A stretch of 64,000 nucleotides of DNA from Octopus bimaculoides (GCF_001194135.2 NC_068988.1:23255095-23319094); one strand, 5' to 3'. Shown: positions 36,736 through 48,495, counted from the first letter of the stretch. Made by a program: numbers and translations. Notes: generated by a model from the letters alone, not told the origin.

Positions 36736-36827
36736 CTTGTATGCATTCGTTTTCCATATGCCTTTTGTATCCGAGTCTGTATTTTCATAATCTGTCCTTG
36801 GATATATTCTTGTTCATCCGTTGCCCT
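36736..36827 (-). CDS. Candidate coding exon (unverified): RATDEQEYIQGQIMKIQTRIQKAYGKRMHT
   Basis: Acceptor caatttatttaccaag|, donor aag|gtatag, 92 nt; only phase 0 is open. Confidence 0.3.
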
Positions 36828-37059
36828 CTTGGTAAATAAATTGAACCATCATCATCATCATCATCACCATCATCATCATTATTATAAGTAATATGAACAT
36901 TAACATGAACTTTAATAAACAGAATATCAACAACAATGTTTATTATAAAAATGGTCTTGTTACATATTTGTTAATAACATTTCTAAATATTTATATATTT
37001 ATGTTTGTTCTGTAATTCAATTTCCTTTCAATTTACATGTATTTCATTCTATTTTGTAG

Positions 37060-37098
37060 GTAAGTCATTTGTGAATACTGTTTTGCTGAAAGACAAGT
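37060..37098 (+). CDS. Candidate 39-nt symmetric microexon beginning with a 5' splice-site motif: (G)KSFVNTVLLKDK
   Basis: ttcattctattttgtag|GTAAGTcatttgtgaatactgttttgctgaaagacaagt|gtaagtt; only phase 1 is open. Confidence 0.4.
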
Positions 37099-37744
37099 GT
37101 AAGTTAAAATTTCAAATCTATTTTTATCACCATTCAAAAAACCCAGAATTTAGCACTGCTATATCATAACAGCTTTTTTGTTTACAGGTCAAGAGGGTTT
37201 TCTATTTCTGTTATTTTTTTTACAAGTTCTACTAAATTCTTTGGCACCAACACTCTGTTAAGTGAATTCATATAAGTCATTTACCCCCATTTCATAGTAA
37301 ATGCATAGTCATCTGACTTGTTTATTTTTTTCATGTCTGTCCAATTTTGACGTTTAACAATGTTTATGTTGGCAGATAAATTTCAATATCAAATAACATG
37401 CTTACTGTCTTTCTTCTCGGAAGAATTTTATTTCTGATTATCTCTCAAAATATTGGAACAAGAACTTTAGCAATATGAATGCACTTATTATTGTAAAAAC
37501 TTCAAAATAAGAGACAAACATCTTGAAAGCTGAGAGGCTAAAATTCTAGCCCATTCTTCTTTTAACACTTTGTTTACCAAGCTATTTTGCTCCATATTTT
37601 TTTTGTTTTCTGAACCAGCAGTATAATATCGTTATAAATTGGCACTATTTAATTTTTTCTAACCCTATATATATGCTTTACTTCACTATATAAACTGCCA
37701 TGGTGATTTATAGTATAAGTATCACCAGCAGGAAAATTGGTAAA

Positions 37745-38368
37745 AGAACCCTTTCAGTCATGATTGACCATGGGATTGCACTTAGAAAGTTCTCCTCCAA
37801 GGCACATGTCAGAGCAAAGTTGTTTATGGAAGACCAGCAGTTGCCCATGCATACCAGCCTACCCTTTCCATGCCATTGATGTTATCCAAGGGAAAGGCAA
37901 AGGGGCTGATACAGCTTGGCACTGATGATGTCGCAACTCATTTCTACATCTGAGTGAACTGAAGCAAAATAAAGTGTCTTGCTTAAGATCACAACACCCA
38001 GCCTGGTCAAGGAATCGAACTCACTGCCTCATGATTGTGAGACTAGCACCCTAACCACTGAATTATATGCCTTGACCTTATAGGGTAAGGATAAAGACCT
38101 CCTTTGGTCATGAATGACCATGGGTTGCACCTAGAAAGTTCCCCTCCGAGGTACACGTCAGGGCAAGGTTGTTTATGGAAGACCAGCAGTCGCCCATGCA
38201 TACCAGCCTCCCTGCTCCATGCCACCGATGTTATCCAAGGGAAAGGCAATGGCTGACACAGCTTGGCACCAGTGACATCGCAACTCATTTCTACAGCTGA
38301 GTGAACTGGAGCAACATGAAATAAAGTGTCTTGCTGAAGAACACAACACGCAGCCCAGTCCAGGAGTG
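37745..38368 (-). mobile_element. Two tandem family E tRNA-derived CORE-like SINEs (second is 5' truncated)
   Basis: 37745-38075 and 38092-38368 are diverged copies; minus-strand head ...cagtggttagggtgc...gagttcgattcc, then ttgtgttcttcagcaagacactttatttca. Confidence 0.85.
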
Positions 38369-38486
38369 CCTTGGTCAGCAGTACAGAACAAATGTTATAT
38401 TCATTCTGTATTGCAGGAACCATCAATGAGGCACATATTAACAAAGTGTTCAAATGTCCGACTTATTTATGATTTTTGTCTACAGT

Positions 38487-38903
38487 TTTTCCTTTTGTTA
38501 TTTTACTTCTTTTGGTCATTTGACTGTGGCCATACTGGAGCACCGCTTTGCAGGGTTTTAGTCAAACAAATCGACTTCCAGGACTTATTACTTAAGCACA
38601 GTACATATTCTATCGGTCTCTTTTACTGACCTGCTAAGTTACAGTAACATAAACACCAATTGTCAAACAGTGATTGGTGGGGTTGTGGTGGTGGTGGTGG
38701 GGGCAACAAAGACACACACACACACACACACATATATATACAACAGGCTTCTTTCAGCTTCCATCTAGCAAATCCACTCCCAAGGCTTTGGTCGGCCTGA
38801 GGCTATTGTAGAAGACACTTGCCCAAAGTGCCACGCAGTGGAACTGAACTCGGAACCATGTGGTTGGGAATCAAGCTTCTTAACACACATCCATGCCTGT
38901 ACC
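38487..38903 (-). mobile_element. Family B SINE
   Basis: ggtcatttgactgtggccatactggagcaccgc...gccacgcagtggaactgaactcggaaccatgtgg. Confidence 0.85.
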
Positions 38904-39573
38904 TGGGTTATTCCGTATAAGTTTTTCTGGTTTGTCTTTCACAAAAACTGTTTTATTTAGGGCAACACTCAATGATGGAGAGGACTGTGGTTTGCATCCT
39001 TCTGATATTTCTGTGTTCCCTACACTTTCCTAAAATTCAAATAATGGACTTTGAACCACAACAATGCTAGACCCTACCAAAAGAAAAAAAAGAAAAAAAA
39101 CATACAAACAAACACAACCCATCCCTATTGGGAATCACAAGTGACTCCTATGATATAATAAAAATATAAATAACACGGAGAGTCATTGATGATGTCCTTG
39201 GTAAGCAAAGTGTTAAAAGACTACAGTTTTTGTGGCTGCAGTAAACTAGGAACCACCGTTTGAGAGCCAATTGCTAGCGTTTAGTAATGTTGATTAACAT
39301 CTCTCATTTGACAATGCCTTCTTTATGTGTTGACGTATCAGAAGCACTCTTTTAACCTTTCATGCCCTGGTTTCAATTAAGAATGTTTACACAAAATAAA
39401 TAGAAATTATTTACCAAGGATGGGCTGTCATGTGAAAAATTCGTCTTTCTGGGTTTTTTAAAAATAATCATAATAATAATAATAATAATAATGATAACAA
39501 TAATAATGCAAATGATAATAATAATAATATTAATAACAATAATGATAATAATAATAATTATTATTATTATTAT

Positions 39574-40061
39574 AGAAGATCAGACAAAGAAGACGTGTTT
39601 ATTAATTGACATGAGTATTCCCTCTGATCATAATATAGCGGTGAAAGAATTTGACAAGCTCAATAAATATAAAGACTTGCTAATAGAAATTGAAAAAATG
39701 TGGCACCTCAAGGCGACTACCATACCAGTGATTGTAGGATCTCTAGGAATGATAAAAATAGGTACTGAAACCTATTTGAAAATGATACCAGGCTTACCAT
39801 CCCTACAGGAAGTGCAAAAAATCGTGCTAACTGGAACGACTCATGTACTGAGAAGAGCATTATCGCTGTGGAAAACATCCATTCATGATTTTTTTTTTTT
39901 TTTTTTTTTTNNNNNNNNNNNNNTTTTCTTAAATATGTTTTATCTGTGAATTTGCGTGTGTAAATTGGGAATGCATAAAACGAGTTTCTCTGCCCTAGGT
40001 GTACGGAAAACACTCGGCGAGAAATGGAAAAAAATTTGAAGAAAGAAGAAAAAACAACAAC

Positions 40062-40062
<1 letters not shown>
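39574..40062 (+). mobile_element. 5'-truncated R4/Dong-clade LINE: RLE domain plus 3' UTR, flanked by (TAA)n
   Basis: Uninterrupted peptide DQTKKTCLLIDMSIPSDHNIAVKEFDKLNKYKDLLIEIEKMWHLKATTIPVIVGSLGMIK...QEVQKIVLTGTTHVLRRAL, typical of the R4-clade restriction-like endonuclease; TAA repeats at 39466-39573 and 40063-40096. Confidence 0.9.
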
Positions 40063-40096
<34 letters not shown>

Positions 40097-40099
40097 TAA

Positions 40100-40312
40100 A
40101 TACAAAAGGCACAAGGCCTGAACTTTTTTGAGGAAGGGGATTAGTCGATTGCATTGATCCCTAGTATTCGACTGGTGCTTATTTTACTGACCCTGAAAGG
40201 ATGAAAGGCAAAATTGACCTTGGTGGAATTTGAACTAAGAACGTAATGGCGGATGAAATACCATTAAGGATTTCACCTGGCATGATAGCAACTCTGCCAG
40301 CTCACTGCCTTA
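40100..40312 (-). mobile_element. Family C SINE, tail-to-tail with the Dong copy
   Basis: ggcacaaggcctgaac...gaaaggatgaaaggcaaaattgaccttggtggaatttgaact...gccagctcactgcctt, then (AAT)n. Confidence 0.85.
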
Positions 40313-40734
40313 TATAATAATAATAATAATAATGATAATTATAATAATGATGTTGATGATGATAATGGAGGGCAACAATAATTTTTCTAATTAGCAGAAA
40401 GCAAAATATTTTTCTGGGAATAGAACAGTTTAGTAAATTGACTTGATGAGATCATCTTCACCATTATTTAACCTCCAATTTTCCATGCTGGCATGGGTCG
40501 GGCAATTTGACATGAACAGACGAGCCTAAGGGTTGTGCCAAGTTCAGATGTCTGCTTTGGCATGGTTTCTATAGCCCTTGCTAATGCCGAACACTTCACA
40601 AAGTACTGGGTACTTTTTGTGTGGTACCAACAATGGTGGGGGTCACCTAGTACCTACAAGGCAAGACCCCCTCCCCTCAATTAAGTGGGGTATAGAACTA
40701 AGCGATAAGAAGCAAGGAAAGGAGGACAGGAGAA

Positions 40735-41030
40735 GGTGTCTCGCTATAAAGAGATCATCAGGAGTGTTTTTACAAAACCATACCACATCTCATATAGGTT
40801 AACACTCTTCTTAATTACGTTATGACCCTTTCAGTGACTTTCATAACCTGGTTCAGTAATTTGATGCCTCCGTAGTTACTTCTCTCTGAGGCATCTCCTT
40901 TATGCTTGTAACAACTGACTGTGGTGCTGTTACACCAAACTGTTAGATCTGATGCCTCCCTGGGTGACTAGGCAGTATCCTACTCCACCAGATATTCCAA
41001 GCATTTCAAAAGTAATTCCTGATCGACCAA
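40735..41030 (-). mobile_element. RTE-clade LINE reverse-transcriptase fragment, degenerate
   Basis: Minus strand reads MLGISGGVGY..., KGDASERSNYGGIKLLNQVMKVTERVI*..., VNLYEMWYGFV, matching the KGD...NYRGIKL..QVMK..ERV...LDEMQFGF pattern of RTE RT. Confidence 0.8.
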
Positions 41031-42579
41031 ATATATTTTATATTTTATTTTGTGTCATAATTTGCGAGCAGCATTGCTGGTGGTGCTATATTGGACCAAT
41101 GACTGTCTCACTGCTTTTCTTAGGGTAAGAATGATGCATGACAAGGTGATGTCCAATTCTATGCAGAACAACTATGTCCAGGGCCTTAATTTTTTTTTTT
41201 TTTCTGAAGGATTTGTATCTTTGTTCATTATATTGTTTGATGATATGCATTAGCAACAGGTCCATCCCCCCATTTATCCATCCATCCATCCATCTATCCA
41301 TCCGTTCGTCCATCCGTCTGTCCGTCTGTCCGTCCATCCATCCATGCATATGTATATATTCCACTTTTAAGGTATTTGGCCAACATTTCTCAAGATGCCA
41401 CGCAGACCAAAAAAAAAAAAAAAAAAAAAAAAAANNNNNNNNNNNNNNNNNNNNNNNNNNNNNNNNNNNNNNNNNNNNNNNNNNNNNNNNNNNNNNNNNN
41501 NNNNNNNNNNNNNNNNNNNNNNNNNNNNNNNNNNNNNNNNNNNNNNNNNNNNNNNNNNNNNNNNNNNNNNNNNNNNNNNNNNNNNNNNNNNNNNNNNNNN
41601 NNNNNNNNNNNNNNNNNNNNNNNNNNNNNNNNNNNNNNNNNNNNNNNNNNNNNNNNNNNNNNNNNNNNNNNNNNNNGGTAAAAAAAAAAAAGAAACATGG
41701 TTAAAAAAACCGAAATGGGAAGAAAATTTCTGCTAATAATCACAAGAATCGTGATTGATGTGTTTTGTGCTCCAGATTGCTTTAATTAGCGATTTCATTA
41801 TTTATGTTTTACAAGTAAATTTATTTTGCCTTTCTCCATCAGCACCAGTTACGCTGCTCTTTCTTTCCTCCCACCACACCCCCTTCTGTGTATATGTGTG
41901 TGTGTGTGTGTGTCTGTGTGTGTGTCTGTGTGTGTCTGTGTGTGTCTGTGTGCGTACATGTAGGTATGTATGTATATAGATGAATCTATTTATGTGTCTG
42001 TATAAGCACATATTTATTAATACATGTACACACACATTCTGGGTTGGAAGAGCTCTGTGTATATATGTATATAGGTGTGTGTGTATACACAGACTTGTGT
42101 AAGTGCTGTTATGTATGTAATTTGTAGCATAGTTGCGTACATAGTTTGTAATGCAGTTATGTATATAGTTTTAAGTGTGCACTTATGTATGTAATGCGCA
42201 AGTGTGTGTATGTATGTAGGTATGTTCGTATGTATGTACACAGTGAAATACATTTTTAACACCTTATCTTTTCAACACATTTTAGTAATGTGGAAATAAA
42301 AATTAAAAAAAAAGAAGCCCCCCTCCCCACAAATGAAGCAGTTCGGTTGTGTAAAATATGTGACTGAACAAAAACACAAAGTGTCAAAAAATTCTCATTA
42401 CTCCACACATCCAAAATGTAAGCTCGCACAACCACAGATACACAACAGAACATAACACACACACACACACATGCATGCACACATGCACATGCACACACAC
42501 ATACACACATGTACAAGAGTTGCCTGTGACTGCTTAAATTTTTACTACAGTGGTCTGCCTTTCTGTATGTGCATGTCTG

Positions 42580-42910
42580 TCATCATCATCATCATTTAAC
42601 GTCCATTTACCATGCTAGCATGGGTCGGATGGTTCAACTGGGGTCTGGGAAGCCAGGAGGCTGCACCAGGCTCCAGTCTGATCTGGCAGTGTTTCTACAG
42701 CTGGATGCCCTTCCTAACACCAACTAGTCCATGAGTGTAGAGTGTAGTGGGTGCTTTTTTACATGCCACCAGCACAAGGAGCCAGAGGAACTGGCGTCAA
42801 CCATGATCGGATGGTGCTTTTTACGTGCCACTGGCATGGAAGCCAGTCAAGGCGGCACTGGCATCGACCACGTTCAGATGGTACTTTTTATGTGCCACCA
42901 CCACGGGGAT
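42580..42910 (-). mobile_element. Family A element
   Basis: catcatttaacgtccatttaccatgctagcatggg...; very similar to 51236-51490. Confidence 0.85.
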
Positions 42911-43030
42911 CACAACTACAATTTCCATTTGATTTTCATTTTGATGTTGATGTACTTGACTCAATAGGTCTCCTCAAGCACAGCAGGTCACCATACGATT
43001 CAAGGTACTTTTGAATGGGCTGGGGCTGGT

Positions 43031-43090
<60 letters not shown>

Positions 43091-43247
43091 TTAAGGACAC
43101 AAGTTTTGTGTGTCACATAGCTAGCTAGAGGTGATGGCTTCTTGGAGCTAATTCACGGCAGCTTTCGTCCTAATTTTGGGACTGCCATGTTGGCTTGGCG
43201 ATAACTATTAATATATATATATATATATATATGTGTGTGTATGTATA

Positions 43248-43590
43248 TCATCACCACCATCATTTAATGTCCGTTTTCCATGCTGGCATGGGTTGGGCAG
43301 TTTGACTAGAGCTTGCAAGTTGAGTGGAGAACTGTACCATGTCTCTATGGCTGGCTACCCTTCCTAACAACAACTGCTTTACAGAGTGTACTGGATGCTT
43401 TTTACATGGCACCAACACTGGTGGCACCAACACTGGTGACACCAGCACAGGGGATTTTTACATGGCACCAGCGCAAGGGGCTTTTTACATGGCACCAGCT
43501 TGGATGCTTTCTTTTTCACATGAACTGGTACAGGTGCCATTAACATGTACCGGCACATGCGCTTTCTATGTGGACCAGCACCAATGCTCT
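43248..43590 (-). mobile_element. Family A element with locally re-amplified ttttacatggcacca modules
   Basis: Tail at ~43255; ggcaccaacactggt x2 and ttttacatggcacca x3. Confidence 0.75.
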
Positions 43591-43865
43591 GGCAAAGCAA
43601 AACGTTCTTCAGCTAGGCGGGAAGCATTTACAATTCTGCTATGGTGAGCAGATATATATAAAGAGTGTCCTCACTAAATGTATATTCACTTTAGATGATT
43701 ACAAATTTGGAATTTTTTTAGATACATTTTATTTTCAAAATTTAATAGCATCTACTGATTTTTTTTTTTTTTTTTTATGAATGCCTCATTCAAACCTAAT
43801 GACCACTCTGGTACAAACATTGCTGGTAACACAAAACAATAAAATTGCAAACATGAAGAAACATA

Positions 43866-44028
43866 GGCATAGGAGTGGCTGTGTGGTAAGTAGCTTGCTT
43901 ACCAACCACATGGTTCCGGGTTCAGTACCACTGCATGGCACCTTGGTCAAGTGTTTTATACTATAGCCTCAGGCCAACCAAAGCTCTGTGAATAGATTTG
44001 GTAGACGGAAACTGAAAGAAGCCTGTCG
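43866..44028 (+). mobile_element. Family B SINE 5' half, ending at the internal microsatellite
   Basis: ggcataggagtggctgtgtggtaagtagcttgc...gaaactgaaagaagcctgtcg(TA)n. Confidence 0.85.
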
Positions 44029-44050
44029 TATATATGTATGTGTATATATG

Positions 44051-44081
<31 letters not shown>

Positions 44082-44089
44082 GTGTGTGT

Positions 44090-44415
44090 GGATGCCCTTC
44101 CTAATGCCAACCACTCTGAGAGTGTAGTGGGTGCTTTTATGTGCCACCAGCATGAGGGTTAGTCAGGCGGCCACACTTAAAATGGTGTTTTTTACGTGCC
44201 ACCTGCACAGGAGCCAGTCGAATGGCATTGGCAACGACCTCGCTCAAATGTTTTCTGACATGCCACCAACACAAGTGCCAGTAAGGCAATGCTGGCAACG
44301 ATCATGCTTAAATGGTGCTATTTATGTGCCGCTGGCCCGGAAGCCAGACAGCTGCTCTGGCAATCATTATGCTCAGATGGTGCTGTTGGTGCTCCACTGA
44401 CACAGGTGCCATTCA
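44090..44415 (-). mobile_element. Family A element lacking its terminal tail, multi-module
   Basis: ggatgcccttcctaatgccaaccactctgagagtgtagtgggtgcttttatgtgccacc plus four modules. Confidence 0.8.
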
Positions 44416-45083
44416 TCGAATATGGTTCAATTACAATTTCGATTTCACTTGCTCCTACTCACTAAACACTAATTCAGATAATGGAGCAAAACTATTCTTT
44501 CCATCGTAAATATGTTACAGAATATTAAACTTTATCTAGATTTGACTGCCCAGTCTTATATTTCTTCTCGCAAAGCCAAAACAGAACAAAAAAAAAAAAA
44601 ACACCCCAAAAACTTGGAATTGCTCCTATCATATAGAAAACAGTAGATGCAGAAAAATGGTGCCACATGATGGATACATAAAATATATGGTGTGTGTGTT
44701 TGTGTGTGGGCATTTTCATTCTTTTTTCTTTTGAGTTATTTTGCACCAAAGTACTTTCGGTACATTATCCCTAGAGTATCCTTCTAGTTCATTAACTAAC
44801 ACTTCAAAATATGTGTGGGTGTGTGAGTATATGCGTATGTTTGCAGATATGCATGTGTATGTGTGGGGGTGGGTATATGTGTGAGTGGTTGTGGATAAGC
44901 ATGTCTGTGTGTGTGTGTGTGGAATATATGCGTGTTTGTAAATGTGTGTCTGTGGGAGGGGGCATATGTGTGCTTCCAGATGTGTGTGTGTGTGAGTGTA
45001 TACATACACACACACGCACACACTCAGACATATATTACACAAAAGCATATATGCGTGTGCATGTATATAGTTTTGGGTGAATT

Positions 45084-45135
<52 letters not shown>

Positions 45136-45892
45136 AATGAGTGTGTGTGTGTGTATATATATATATATAGATAGAAAGATAGATAGATAGATACACACAC
45201 ACACACACACATATATATATACACATGAATTCACCCAAAACTATATAGATGCGCACACACATATGCTTCATATACATATATATATATTCATTTTATATAT
45301 ATATATATATGTATCTGTGTGTGTGCATGTATACACACATGTGCATGTTTTGGGTTATATTATGCTATCATACATACTATGATATTTCTTTTTATACTGT
45401 TATATATTCTAAACTTTTGGTATATTTCAAATTTATAAGGTTTTTCTGTTTGTTTTGTTCTTGTTTTTTATCCTTCAAACATTGGCAAATTTTCAAATTT
45501 CTGTCCCTTTCAATATATTTAAAAAAATTTTTTTCTTCTTTACTTCTACCACACGTAAATTGTATATTTGGTATTTGAGTGGTTTATTGGAATTATTATT
45601 CTTATCATTATCATTATCATTATTATCATTATTATTTTCATCATCATCGTTATTATTACTATTATTATTCTTGTCATCATCATCATCGTCGTCATAACCA
45701 GCATACTAATAATAATAATTATTGTTTTCCATCTGAGTAGCAGAGCTTGTATATTGATATTGTATGGTTTATATTGAAAACTTCCACTATAGAATTTTAG
45801 TCCAATAATAATGATACTTAATTTTTGCTCAGAGTTGTACAGCCTCCTAATGTATTTTTCAAATTCCATATATGTATAGAGAGAGAGGTATA

Positions 45893-45926
<34 letters not shown>

Positions 45927-47390
45927 NNNNNNNNNNNNNNNNNNNNNNNNNNNNNNNNNNNNNNNNNNNNNNNNNNNNNNNNNNNNNNNNNNNNNNNNNN
46001 NNNNNNNNNNNNNNNNNNNNNNNNNNNNNNNNNNNNNNNNNNNNNNNNNNNNNNNNNNNNNNNNNNNNNNNNNNNNNNNNNNNNNNNNNNNNNATATATA
46101 TATTATGTAACAACAGTTCTTTTGTCAATCATTAATTGATGCATACATATATATATATACATATACGTATACACACACACACACACAGACACACACATAT
46201 ATATATATATATATGTCTGTATACATGTACATACACATACATATATAGTCATGTAAGTATGGTTGTCATGATCATCATAACGTCCACTTTTTTTGCTTAA
46301 GTCAGACTGAATTCGTTGACACTGACTTTCTGCATTTGGATGCTCTTCCAGTCTTCAAAACTAATGTTCGAAGGTGGTACTTCACTACCTCATCCCAGAA
46401 ATAAGAAACTGAAAGAAGTCCGTCTCTCATTCACACACACACACACACACGCACATATCTCTTTGCCTTGACATCACATGATAGTTACAAACGATTGTCA
46501 TTTATTGATCTTCTGTGAAATCACGTCTTGTCATTGGGAAATGTCACCTTACTTGGAAACTGTTGAGGAAGAGCATCCAGCCGTAGAAAATCAATCTCAA
46601 CAAAATTTCATCCGACCCATGTAGACATAGAAAAATGGATGTTAAAATGATAATAATGATGATGAATAAAACATTAGCACTAGGTTATGTGAGCTTTATT
46701 GACATTCTGATATGTGAAATATTTTAACAATAAGTCTTATTAAATCTTTGACTCTGGGTTGAGTTCTGCTCTTTTAAGTATCCAAAACAGAGTTAATGTG
46801 TATCTGAAACATGGCTATGTTATGTTAAATTTTTGACACTGACCAAAGTTAAGTATTTGATATTGAACTATAGTAAAATGCTAGCACTAAGCTGTGTGAC
46901 ATCTCTTGACATTGTGATATGTAAAATACTTTAACAGTAGGTCATATTAAATCTTTGAAATTGATTTATGGGAAATCTTTGAAATTGAGTTATGTTAAAT
47001 GATAAGATGTTTTCTTATGAGGTGATGACAATCTGTCATGCAGGTCTCATATTGTCATTTTTAGTGCACTGTTTAAATTTAAATCTTACAAAGCCTAGCC
47101 GTGAGAGAAATAAGAATGTAAACACAATCATTCTATGCTTTTAATGTGCAGAAAAAAAGAGTAATGAAGTTTCCTGTCAGGATGTTTCATGTTTGATGAT
47201 CACTCCTCTGAGAAAACATACCTAGTTTTTTTGTAATTAAGTCACATTAAATAAGGATGTTGTTTACTTAATGAAATCAGTCATGCATGTCGTATATAAT
47301 TGTATAGTCACCTGCAGATTTTTGAAATTGAGTCACATTAAATGATAAGGATTTTGTTTTCCATATGCATTTAATAAAGTCAGTTATTGT

Positions 47391-47765
47391 GGAGGCGCAA
47401 TGGCCCAGTGGTTAGGGCAGCAGACTTGCGGTCATAGGATCGCGGTTTCTATTCCCAGACCAGGCGTTGTGAATGTTTATTGAGCGAAAACACCTAAAGC
47501 TCCACGGGGCTCCAGCAAGAGATGGTGGAGAACCCTGCTGTACTCTTTCATCACAACTTTCTCTCACTCTTACTTCCTGTTTCTGTTGTGTCTGTAACTC
47601 AAAGGGTCAGCCTTGTCACACTGTGTCACGCTGAAAATCCCCGAGAACTACATTAAGGGTACACGTGTCTGTGGAGTGCTCAGCCACTTGCACGTTAATT
47701 TCACGAGAAGGCTGTTCCATTGATCGGAACAACTGGAACCCTCGTCATCGTAAGCGATGGAGTGC
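47391..47765 (+). mobile_element. Full-length family D SINE (tail D1), followed by a B-type tail (~47790-47878)
   Basis: A-box tggcccagtgg (47401-47411), B-box-like ggtttctattccc. Confidence 0.85.
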
Positions 47766-48453
47766 TCCACCACTTGTTCATCTCACTTTCTAGAATAAGT
47801 CCTGGGGTCGATTTGCTTAACTAAAGGCCGTGCTCCAGCATGGCCGCAGTCAAATGACTGAAACAAGTAAAAGAATAGTGAAACAACTCTGCTTTCTTTT
47901 ACCTTTAAGCTAGACCAAACTTCACTTTTAAATAGATGAAGTTCTACTGGAATATATCAGCCATTAAAACTTTTCCTTCTGCAAAACTCTTTGTTACATT
48001 TACATATTTCTTGCCTAGGATATTTTAAACTCACACTTTAACATCTGATTGCAATATAAAAAGATCAGTCAACCAACTGACAAATAGTCACTCACTGATG
48101 AGTTTCAACAAATCACTTACAGTTACACAGTTCAACTTCTCTCTTGGATTTTTTTCTTTTTCTGGTACAATAGACTCTGCTCTTCACAACTACTTAATAG
48201 CCTATTCTCTTCACTAAGGCATACATCATCAGTGTGTGTGTATATGTGTGTTATTACATGCTGCATTTGAAAGAATTATTAAATTACATCCAACTGCACA
48301 GAAAGTTTTGTTTTACCAGCTACCTCTGTCTGGCTTTAGGTTTCTATAATTCTGAATAACATGGTACAAATGACAGGACCGATATACAGTATACACGCAC
48401 ACATATGCATTTGTGTGTGTGTATATATGTGTTTGTGTGTGTGTGTGTGTGTG

Positions 48454-48495
<42 letters not shown>

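Noticed and set aside
47391-47470. tRNA-like sequences (also the heads of families B, C, E and F)
   Set aside because: A and B boxes are present but there is no complete cloverleaf, and each continues into a SINE body; these are SINE heads, not tRNA genes.
48121-48161. KNPREKLNCV resemblance to a VPS9-domain motif
   Set aside because: Only ~8 residues, and no other VPS9-like exon (e.g. ADD.LP) was found in the window.
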